From an uncultured Clostridia bacterium (lineage in GTDB: Bacteria; Bacillota; Clostridia; Oscillospirales; UBA644), in contig CAOJUB010000002.1 of the NCBI GenBank assembly GCA_948443805.1, positions 4,910 to 68,909 of the forward strand: DNA of 64,000 nt, written 5' to 3'. The notes under the pieces were generated by a model. That model was given only the letters and a program-made list of their open reading frames with translations. It searched no databases and was not told the DNA's origin. The position numbers and the translations under genes were made by a program. Shown here in pieces: positions 7,932 to 16,467 of the stretch (position 1 is the first letter of the stretch; the number at the start of each line of letters is the position of its first letter).

Positions 7932-8123
7932 TTATTCTTGTTCTTCGGTTATTGACAAATCGATATAACAATCCTTACTTTTAAAACTTCTGCGCAAATA
8001 ATCGTGACCACCATCTACAGCGCAAGCACCACATTTACATTTTACATATTCATGGCGATCCGTTGATTCAATAATATCTCCGCATAATTTGCATTGAATT
8101 GCATTCTTAATGATCTTTCGCAT
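7932..8123 (-). CDS. Small Cys-rich zinc-ribbon protein (63 aa)
   Basis: MRKIIKNAIQCKLCGDIIESTDRHEYVKCKCGACAVDGGHDYLRR... carries CxxC...CxCxxC. The RBS aaggag lies 8 nt before the ATG at 8123. It is the last gene of the minus-strand operon. Confidence 0.6.
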   Translation of the reverse strand: MRKIIKNAIQCKLCGDIIESTDRHEYVKCKCGACAVDGGHDYLRRSFKSKDCYIDLSITEEQE

Positions 8124-8189
8124 ATGACGATCTCCTTTGTAGTACAACAACATGCCACAGGGATTTTATGAAGTCCATAGAAAACATAT

Positions 8190-10997
8190 TTATTCCGCAA
8201 GGGTCTGTTTTCTTTCAATATCGCTACAAACCATTCGTGTTACATAATTTGCATCGTGTTTACAGGTTTCAATAATATATTCATACGATTCTTTGGTAAT
8301 GCCAGGAACATGTAGAATATGTTGTAAAATCAAATTTTTAATATACACATTATCACGCTCGATCAACGAAACAATATGGCGATTAATAATTTCTCGATTA
8401 TCCGTATTTCGTAATAGCGCTAATAAAATCCTTGTGGAATTCCAACGTATATCAACATAATCTGTATGCATCCACGCAAAAGCATAATGAAGTATGGTTG
8501 TTTCTATCGGCTTCTGAAAAGCCACATTAGAAGACAGTTCTAAGTAATTAGCAATAAAACTCGTAACAGAAATTGTTGTTGCGATATTATCTTTAAGATA
8601 AGGGAATAATTCGAGTAAATCCGCATGCACATCAATACCCATAGCAGAAAATAATATTTTAAGGCTAATAGTCAATGCAATGTTATCAATATTAGATGAG
8701 AACGGAAAACTGTCACCGGCTATTATTTGTGATTCATTTTCTAATATATTTCTATAGATATCTTTATTATGTTCATACGATTTAGGATATTTTTCAATTA
8801 TGCAACATAACAGAGCAACCGCATCCATTTTAGTAGATAGTGATTCGCTTGACTCAAGCAAAGTTTGAGATACTGCTAAAATTATAGAATCAATTAAGAC
8901 ATCTTCATATTGTTGATCGCTATCTAATAATATCGATTTAATTGTGGCAATTTCTCTTGTTCCGTGACCAAAATACCTGCCGTTCTTTCCTTGTGTTTCG
9001 TTATTATTCTTGACTATTTCAAGATTCTTATTTAAGAATACCGGGTAATCTGAAACTTTATTCTCTGTAGTTTCAAGTCGATAATTATTGTAATAAAATT
9101 CCGGCAAATATGTCTCTACGGTTTTATCGAGTTCATTAGTTAATTCGCGATTTTGATTTCTAATTACACACAGAAAAAAAGGACTTCGTTTTACTAATTC
9201 ACAATCATTTTGCAAAACATCAATGATACTCGCAATTAATTTTTTTGCATTTTCCTCCCGCATTTTAGTTATATCAATTCTTTTTGATATAAGTTTAAAC
9301 ATGTCCATATACCATCGGCTAAGGCGTTTCTGAACGAATTTGCAACATATTTCTGCTAAAACATCTTGTGATAATCGATGAGACACATTTGAAAGGTTTT
9401 TAAAAACACTTTCTCCAATTGAAATATTTTTGTCTTCATCATCAATCCAAGCGTAAATAATTTTTAGCATTGAAGATTCATAAAAGCGGAATTTTTCGTC
9501 ATTTAAATAATATCCAACCGTTGCAAAGCCAAGCAATTGCTGCCGTATTCTTTTATGAGTTATTGGATGCAATGAACAAAAATCCATTATTTTTTCCGCG
9601 TCAGCATCAGAAAGCTTGCTCAGTATTTCTGGGAAAGTGTTTTGAATACCTATCACTTCTTTTTCTTTTCCGCCTCTTATTGCATACTTAAGCAAATCTC
9701 TGCGAAAAGACCAATCATCATATCTGCTTGATAAATAAAAGAGGAATTCTTTTTCTTTATCAAAAAGCATAAGGATATGTGTTAATGAACCATTATACAT
9801 AGCAACTATGAATGTACTTGCCAGCAGTTTACCAAATTCGTTCAAATTTCCGCCTAAAGAAACAGTATACGGCGACTCGGTTTTATGTTTATATAATCCT
9901 TGTATATATTTTTCTTGTAACGATTCATTACACCTATCAATCACAGGATAATACAACTCATCCTGACTTTCGTCCAATTCTTTTTGTGCTTCAGATTCAA
10001 AGTAGGTATTCTTTTGTTCGCACAGTTCCCAATGTTGATTTCGTAGATCAATCAAAATATCCTTTATAATCCACGAGGGTTGTTTTGTTTCTTTTGCAAT
10101 CTTAAGCGCATCACTGAGGTACTTTACGCTATCATCTATCTTTCCATTAAAATATGATTGAATTGCTTGCCATCTTAAACTAACAACATTAAAAACCTCT
10201 TTGTCTTGAATAGATTTCAAGCACTCTAAAAACATTGAAACATTAAACTCTTTAATAGTTTTCCCTTCGAACATGATTGGGAGAAACTGAACTCCCCAAT
10301 CATCCAGTTCACTGGTCTGTATAGGATCGTCCGGAAAGCGAGAAAATGATATTCCTGTAATAGAGCGCAATATATAATCTGTAGTTTTATCAATATTCTT
10401 TAGTACAGATTTTGGGAAACTCATGTTTTGACAAGTACTTACAGAAGTTATGTCAATGTCTTTTGTAGACTCCCATTCTGTTTCAGACATTGAGATTTTC
10501 CCTTGACAATAATAATGATAAATGCGAACTATATCACTCAACAATGCTGTTGCACCATTTTTACTAAGGTCGTTAAAGGTGTGCACAGTTTTACTTTTTG
10601 TAAAATTTGCACCCATTAAGCTTTTTTCTAATGGCGTTTTTTCTTTTTGATTTTCATCACAAAAATAGTATAATGCTTTGATCTTATTTCGCTGTACCAC
10701 ATCTATTTCTGCTTTTACGCCATCCGGTATCCCGTCAGCATTATCAATAAGAAAAATACATATATCAGAATCTTCAAGCGCAAAAGTATAATGTACTCCC
10801 GCGCTAAGTGTGGATGCTTCTTCACCCTCAAATGTATACACTTCTGCCAAACCAGTTTTTTCGATAGATTCTTTGAGTTCAGCACGAATAGGATCATACT
10901 TTGGAGGTTCCTCAGCCCTATCGCACTTTGAACTGATAAAAACCTTGATTTTTTGTGACGGTATTACTTGCATACTTTCTTTTTTTTGATTAATCAT
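8190..10997 (-). CDS. 935-aa protein: N-terminal DUF4062-like (TIR/deoxyribosyltransferase-like Rossmannoid) domain plus ~800 aa of TPR/HEAT-like helical repeats
   Basis: The N-terminus KVFISSKCD..IRAELKESIEKTGLAEVYTFEGEEAS...SDICIFLIDNADG..GVKAEIDVV..KIKALYYF follows the DUF4062 pattern as I remember it. The rest is helical-repeat-like (e.g. SVKYLSDALKIAKETKQPSWIIKDILIDLRN; IRWNSTRILLALLRNTDNREIINRHIVSLIE). No Walker A/B motif was seen. Confidence 0.7.
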   Translation of the reverse strand: MINQKKESMQVIPSQKIKVFISSKCDRAEEPPKYDPIRAELKESIEKTGLAEVYTFEGEEASTLSAGVHYTFALEDSDICIFLIDNADGIPDGVKAEIDVVQRNKIKALYYFCDENQKEKTPLEKSLMGANFTKSKTVHTFNDLSKNGATALLSDIVRIYHYYCQGKISMSETEWESTKDIDITSVSTCQNMSFPKSVLKNIDKTTDYILRSITGISFSRFPDDPIQTSELDDWGVQFLPIMFEGKTIKEFNVSMFLECLKSIQDKEVFNVVSLRWQAIQSYFNGKIDDSVKYLSDALKIAKETKQPSWIIKDILIDLRNQHWELCEQKNTYFESEAQKELDESQDELYYPVIDRCNESLQEKYIQGLYKHKTESPYTVSLGGNLNEFGKLLASTFIVAMYNGSLTHILMLFDKEKEFLFYLSSRYDDWSFRRDLLKYAIRGGKEKEVIGIQNTFPEILSKLSDADAEKIMDFCSLHPITHKRIRQQLLGFATVGYYLNDEKFRFYESSMLKIIYAWIDDEDKNISIGESVFKNLSNVSHRLSQDVLAEICCKFVQKRLSRWYMDMFKLISKRIDITKMREENAKKLIASIIDVLQNDCELVKRSPFFLCVIRNQNRELTNELDKTVETYLPEFYYNNYRLETTENKVSDYPVFLNKNLEIVKNNNETQGKNGRYFGHGTREIATIKSILLDSDQQYEDVLIDSIILAVSQTLLESSESLSTKMDAVALLCCIIEKYPKSYEHNKDIYRNILENESQIIAGDSFPFSSNIDNIALTISLKILFSAMGIDVHADLLELFPYLKDNIATTISVTSFIANYLELSSNVAFQKPIETTILHYAFAWMHTDYVDIRWNSTRILLALLRNTDNREIINRHIVSLIERDNVYIKNLILQHILHVPGITKESYEYIIETCKHDANYVTRMVCSDIERKQTLAE

Positions 10998-10998
10998 G

Positions 10999-11620
10999 CT
11001 AACGTATCCACCTTATTTTTTCTTTGTCTGAGTCATAGCTTATATCCTCAAGCATCATTTCACGATCTTGTTTTGGAAGGCTGTTTATATACTTATCCCA
11101 ATCTAAAATAGAATAATTAAAGAATGTGAACTTTTCCTTGTTCTTTTTATAGTAATTCTCTGCTGGCAAACATAGGATCATACAAAGTCTTCTTACACTA
11201 ACGCTATATTCGCGGTGCTCTACGCCATCATTATCTATTGTTAGTGTTCCTGCTTCACCACCATATATTTTAAAAGGTTTTTCAGTTTCAATAACTATTT
11301 TAAAGTGTTCAATAGGACAATTTTTCTGATTATGGCGTTTCTTATATTCGTCATTATCAAGATTAGGGTTCCCTTGATGAAATAGTGGACCTCTAAAATT
11401 ATATACAATTTCCCCACTCAAATAAGGCATGTCCGGCACTCCATCCATGGGAGGAGATTTTTTGTATTTCCCGATATGCTCTATAACGGATTGTAGAGCC
11501 CTTATTGGGATATTCAGCTTTGCCGCATATATCGGGAAGCGTTAGCGCTAATGATAAAGCAGCAAAATACAAATTATGAGATAAAGCTGTATTTATCTCT
11601 TCAATAAGTTTTATTATCAA
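10999..11620 (-). pseudogene. HEPN-like (R-x4-H) protein gene split by a frameshift in an A6 (T6 on +) tract
   Basis: ORFs 11399-11620 and 10999-11448 overlap in different frames. Joining them at the run at 11458-11463 gives ...STIRYRAYREIQK|KSPPMDGVPDMPYLSGEIVYNFRGPLFHQGNPNLD... (about 207 aa). The N-terminal helix is YFAALSLALTLPDICGKAEYP and the R-x4-H motif is RGPLFH. Its stop is 1 nt before the start of the 935-aa gene. Confidence 0.55.
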
Positions 11621-11641
11621 AGCACAATCCTCCTTTGCCGA

Positions 11642-12713
11642 CTAATTACCTTTCAAATATTTCATAAGCTGTACGGTTGCTTTGCTACGTCCCTGAACGC
11701 TTGAAAGACCGTTTTCTTTAAGTTCTCTCAGCGGATACTTGTCCGGGGCGTATTTTTCTATGAGCTTTAATCCCATATAACGGATGTCGGAATCTTTAGC
11801 CAACTCCTTATAATAGGGATAGTCCTCGTCCGAGCGGTTCCCGTACAAATCGGCGGCAATTACTTCGCATTTATACATAATGGCCTTGTATTTTTCACCG
11901 ACGTAAATATAAACGGTATCGCCAACCGACGTATTGGTGGACTGGCGCCATTCGATTACGTCCAAACTATCAAAAGCGGCTACAATATCGTAATATTTCG
12001 GATTGCACGGAATCACCCATACGTCATCAAGCCGAGAGAAAACCTGACGTCCTTCAGCTTTTGCACGAATATCATTTAACCACTCGCCGTTATACTTAAA
12101 ATAACGCGGTCCGGCAACACCCCATTTGCTACCGAGCAGTTCGGTGGCAAGGGCAGAAAGAGACAATTTTCTACCCTCATATTCCACGGTCTTATCGTCA
12201 ATAACGCTACACTGTGCACCGGAGTTTGCATTACCCTGACTAACAAACGTAATGGTAGCGCCTACGGGAATATTACACTTAGAGAATGTGAACGGTGCCA
12301 TGCGCTCGATGTGTTGTTCTTCGATATCCTGTGCCAGTTCTTCGCTCTGTCGTTCTACCGCCGTCGGCTCATACAAGTGAAGTCTATCTTTGCGACCGCC
12401 TAATACAGCGATGGTTTCAAGGATAGAATACGCCTGTTCGGGCGACATAGCGTAAAACTCACGCACTCGATTTTTACCGTCTACGTTGTCAATAGAGCGC
12501 AGATTAGGATTGAGTTGGTCGATCAGAGCATGGAGCTTTAAATCCGTCAAGCGTTCATCAACCTCGTATGTAGCATAAATGCGGAAAGAAAACGGAATGC
12601 ACTCGCTGTTATTCAGTTGTTTTAACCGTGATTCCACGTTATCGGCATAACCGATTTTTACGTATTGAGGGAATGACGGGTTTTCCAGAATATATTACTC
12701 CAGATTCTTTCAT
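11642..12713 (-). pseudogene. GIY-YIG superfamily (T5orf172/MUG113-type) N-terminus + unassigned middle module + C-terminal EVE/PUA-like domain; the 5' end is frameshifted
   Basis: The RBS gaggtg plus ATG at 12713 opens MKESGVIY..., which stops after 24 codons. The main frame reads *YILENPSFPQYVKIGYADNVESRLKQLNNSECIPFSFRIYATYEV...EFY. The C-terminus is VWVIPCNPKYYDIVAAFDSLDVIEWRQSTNTSVGDTVYIYVGEKYKAIMYKCEV. The track start at 12637 is an internal GTG. Confidence 0.6.
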
Positions 12714-12736
12714 AAGCACCTCAAATATTTGTTTTA

Positions 12737-15493
12737 TTATTGCACACAAAACCGCATCTTTTGCATTGAAAGCAACGATTGTTTAATTGACTCATAATGT
12801 TCCTCTATACCATAAGCACGTAAAACGGTAATGTCAAAATTACGCCTATCCTCCAGGGTCAACTCAACACTTGTATGCTCGACTTGTCTATCTAATAAAG
12901 GTTCAAACGCTTCTAAAATTGCATTCTTATTTTCATTAGATAAGAGTTCAGGATTAAGCATAAATGCATTTCTAATTGTTGTGCTACTTATATCTAAGGC
13001 TCCAAGCCCTCTTCCAAAACCAACCGCCTCAATATAAAACATTCCTAATATTGAATTCAATAATGCATGATATAATGATACTTCTGTATATCCAGATTTC
13101 TTTTTCAAACCAATAAGTCTTTGGTTAATAAAAGTCGGCTCATCAAACTTGGCAAAAAACAACCTTCTATCAGGATTCATAGTTGTTACTATATCAGCGG
13201 TATTGGTCGATGCCATTTCATACCATTGCATATTTCTTCTTGCTAAAACTTCAGGCAATGGACGGCCTACGCCATTTACACCATTTTGGAATCGTGCTAT
13301 CCAAGATAATGCACCTTGATGATTTTGCATCCTCAATTCATCTAAACTTAACGCACAACAAAAAGCATCATTATCTGCTTCGGCTTTAAGAGTATCTATG
13401 TTTCTTGCATTTTTAAGCACCTTTTTAATATATACTTCTTCGATGCCGTGCCCATTTTCAGGATAAAACATTGTGTCCCAACCACGGCGTTCTCCACGAA
13501 CAACAGTAAAAACAGTAGAAATAGGGCACAGTTTTTCTCTGATATCAAGTAACCAGCGTATGTTGTGGAAAAGAGCTGAAAGAGAAACGTTCATATCAGC
13601 CAATGCTGCGATTTCTGATTTTGAATACTGCTTATAGCTCATTATACTATCATTAATTTCTCTGTTCAACAAAGATGAATTTACAATAGTATCACGTATA
13701 GATGTATCTGCGTAAATTTCAGATAATTTGTTGTGCCAAACGCAAAACGCTGTTTGTTCACCATCAGTGGGATGTTCGATATGATCTTTTTTAGAAAAAA
13801 TCGTGATTATCGTAACCACCTGTGCATTATTAAACCAGCGTTCCGCATCGCTGATGTGTATTTGATCGATTTTATAATAAAAGCCAAGTGCCTTAAATAA
13901 TTCCTTTCCCGCTGTCGTACCCAACCAAGAATTTGAAGTGATTATTCCTAAACGACCATTATTTTCAATAATTTCATATAACGAAAACAAAATATATGAA
14001 TAATAATCACTTCTATTGCTTAAAGCAATATTGGTATGTTGCAGGACATTTTCTCTAATGGTATTAATATATCTCCAGTCACTATCGGATATTTTTTCAA
14101 AAGGGATAAAAGGCAAATTAGAAACTACCGTATCAAACTTCGGAATTTGAAATGTCATCGCTTCACCATTAATTGGATTGGTGATATTGATTTCATCGCC
14201 TTCTCGCAATTCAAAAACATTTTTTTGAAATATTTTGTTGGGAAGGTTAATTGCTTCGACATTTGTCATACTTATGGTTGCCAATTGTAATGGAAGTGAG
14301 AACTTATCTTCCGCCCAAGTTGAATTAACGGCATTTTCGATATTCCCCAGGTTATCCCTTTTATTATTCAATATAGCTTTTGGAATAGAGCCCGTGCCAC
14401 AACAAGGATCTATCGCATTACCAGACCAATTTAGCGTTGTCAAACAAACTAATAATTCTGCTAATATATCCGGGGTAGTAAACTGACCATTTAACTCTCT
14501 TTTAGTAATAGCTACAGTTTTCTCGAGAACATTTTGAAGAGTACCTTGCTCAATTTGACGAAGTCCATTGTCTTTTAAGAAAATATTTAAATCCATCAGA
14601 TCATGCCAAGTGTCCGCTGGGATGTGGTCATTATGTTCTATACTATTAAAAATATTAAAAAAGTCACATGTTGCAGTAATATTTTGAAAGATTTCGTTTG
14701 CATGATTTACTTCAGACTCAAAATCTAATGTTTCAATAGTCAGAGCACCATTATGACGCGATTTTATTAAATGCGCAAAAATGATTCTGTTAGTCCAATT
14801 TATAAGAAGTGCTTTAGCATATGCATCATACATATTAGTTTCATCATAGGTGTACTCTGTTTGTACTTCGTTCCACCATACTGATAAAAACGCATTGATT
14901 CTTGCATCTAAAACAGCTGCACTATGCAATTCTGCGCTGACCAATGTTTTGTTTCGTTCAATAATTTTGGAAATAATTGTATCCGATAAAAATTCACCAA
15001 TCTCTGTTCCGCGAATATCGCCTGATATTAAGAATGCATTTATTTCTATAAGTATTCTTTCGATAATTGGCAGCCACTCATTTTTGTATCTTTCAACATC
15101 TTCTCGTGTTTGTATATGGTTGGTTTCATTCCACTGCCGAACAATCTCGAACTCATCATCTTCATTTTTTACATATAGCACACCTGCTGTAAAGTTCCAT
15201 ATAAAACAACTATTCAGTCCTAATGAACGTGCTTTACGTATCGCATCTTCAATAAAAGCATTGTCAGTTATGGTGGTATCGGGCAGTTTCAACTCCCAAC
15301 CTTGCAGAATTTGTGTTTGATTCTCGTCGCCATAAAGCAACACATCTGGGAACATGCTTCTATGGCCTGTTGAAATCGTACTTTCTCCTCCTGCTCTTAC
15401 GATTCGCAAGCCCATAGTTTGCAGTTTAATATTTATATCTGAAATCATAGAGATTGCCCAACTACGTTCATTTCGTCTTACTATTGTCGGCAT
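12737..15493 (-). CDS. Type IIG (Eco57I-like) bifunctional restriction endonuclease / gamma-class N6-adenine methyltransferase, 918 aa
   Basis: N-terminal PD-(D/E)xK candidate FPDVLLYGD...QGWELKLPD. MTase motif I NAIDPCCGTGSIPKA precedes motif IV VVSNLPFIPF. A long C-terminal region is consistent with a target-recognition domain. Confidence 0.65.
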   Translation of the reverse strand: MPTIVRRNERSWAISMISDINIKLQTMGLRIVRAGGESTISTGHRSMFPDVLLYGDENQTQILQGWELKLPDTTITDNAFIEDAIRKARSLGLNSCFIWNFTAGVLYVKNEDDEFEIVRQWNETNHIQTREDVERYKNEWLPIIERILIEINAFLISGDIRGTEIGEFLSDTIISKIIERNKTLVSAELHSAAVLDARINAFLSVWWNEVQTEYTYDETNMYDAYAKALLINWTNRIIFAHLIKSRHNGALTIETLDFESEVNHANEIFQNITATCDFFNIFNSIEHNDHIPADTWHDLMDLNIFLKDNGLRQIEQGTLQNVLEKTVAITKRELNGQFTTPDILAELLVCLTTLNWSGNAIDPCCGTGSIPKAILNNKRDNLGNIENAVNSTWAEDKFSLPLQLATISMTNVEAINLPNKIFQKNVFELREGDEINITNPINGEAMTFQIPKFDTVVSNLPFIPFEKISDSDWRYINTIRENVLQHTNIALSNRSDYYSYILFSLYEIIENNGRLGIITSNSWLGTTAGKELFKALGFYYKIDQIHISDAERWFNNAQVVTIITIFSKKDHIEHPTDGEQTAFCVWHNKLSEIYADTSIRDTIVNSSLLNREINDSIMSYKQYSKSEIAALADMNVSLSALFHNIRWLLDIREKLCPISTVFTVVRGERRGWDTMFYPENGHGIEEVYIKKVLKNARNIDTLKAEADNDAFCCALSLDELRMQNHQGALSWIARFQNGVNGVGRPLPEVLARRNMQWYEMASTNTADIVTTMNPDRRLFFAKFDEPTFINQRLIGLKKKSGYTEVSLYHALLNSILGMFYIEAVGFGRGLGALDISSTTIRNAFMLNPELLSNENKNAILEAFEPLLDRQVEHTSVELTLEDRRNFDITVLRAYGIEEHYESIKQSLLSMQKMRFCVQ

Positions 15494-15498
15494 ATTCT

Positions 15499-16350
15499 TT
15501 ACCTCGTTTCAAATTCTGAAATCAAATTTGTTGATGCTATATGACTCTTTGTTTTTTTATCAATAGATTCCCACGCTAAAAATAGTCGTCTTTTAGCAAC
15601 GTCAATATAATCAATTTCATCTTTTTTAAATAATGCAACATCTTCGTTTTTTTCTATTCCTATAAAGTTTCTGCCTTCCATTAAAGCTGCAACTAAAAAT
15701 GAACCGCTACCAAAGGTGTTGTCTAAAATCACATCTCCTGGATTAGAATATGTTTTGATAAAATAGCGTCCTAATTCTACTGGCTTTTGCGTAGGGTGAA
15801 CGACCTCGCCTTCGCACTCTGCTGTCTTAATATAAATTATATCAGTAGGGTAACGTTCTCCATCACTCTGAACGTGTACTGGTTGAAAATCGCCATAACT
15901 ACCACTCAATTGGTTTTTGCGAACACCTTTATCGTAGGGAACACCACTCGTCATTTGTGGGTTATATGTTGGTTGCTTTTTGTAAAATACACACACATCT
16001 TCGTGTTTTCTGAGCGGTTGTTTTTTTGCATTCAGGAAATTAGTTGGCTTCGATTTTTCCCAAATCCACTTGTATTTATAAAGATTCGGCTGACTTAATA
16101 TAAGTTTTGCAGTAAACAGACCTTGCGATGTCAAAACTATGGCACCATTAGGTTTTATTATCCTATTGTATTGTTCCCACAGTTGTTCTAATGGAATATA
16201 ACTATCCCATTGGTTTTGTGTGATTCCATACGGCAAATCGCATAAAATCATATCTATGCTTTCATCGGGCAATTTTTTCATCACCTCAATGCAGTCACCT
16301 TCAAACAATTTATTAACCAATGGATATATTTTTGATGTAATATCAATCAT
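15499..16350 (-). CDS. Beta-class site-specific DNA methyltransferase (N6A/N4C; PF01555-like), 283 aa
   Basis: Motif IV ILCDLPYG, then HPTQKP, then motif I ILDNTFGSGSFLVAA. A 5-nt gap separates it from the downstream IIG gene. Confidence 0.9.
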   Translation of the reverse strand: MIDITSKIYPLVNKLFEGDCIEVMKKLPDESIDMILCDLPYGITQNQWDSYIPLEQLWEQYNRIIKPNGAIVLTSQGLFTAKLILSQPNLYKYKWIWEKSKPTNFLNAKKQPLRKHEDVCVFYKKQPTYNPQMTSGVPYDKGVRKNQLSGSYGDFQPVHVQSDGERYPTDIIYIKTAECEGEVVHPTQKPVELGRYFIKTYSNPGDVILDNTFGSGSFLVAALMEGRNFIGIEKNEDVALFKKDEIDYIDVAKRRLFLAWESIDKKTKSHIASTNLISEFETR

Positions 16351-16467
16351 TATTTTTGCTCCTATAACATTCTTGAGTTAATTTTCCAAACTGTATCATC
16401 CAAAACGAGATGATTAGGTTATTTCAGCCTAACACCGTTTTATTGTGGTCGGCTTCCAGCTTTACTT

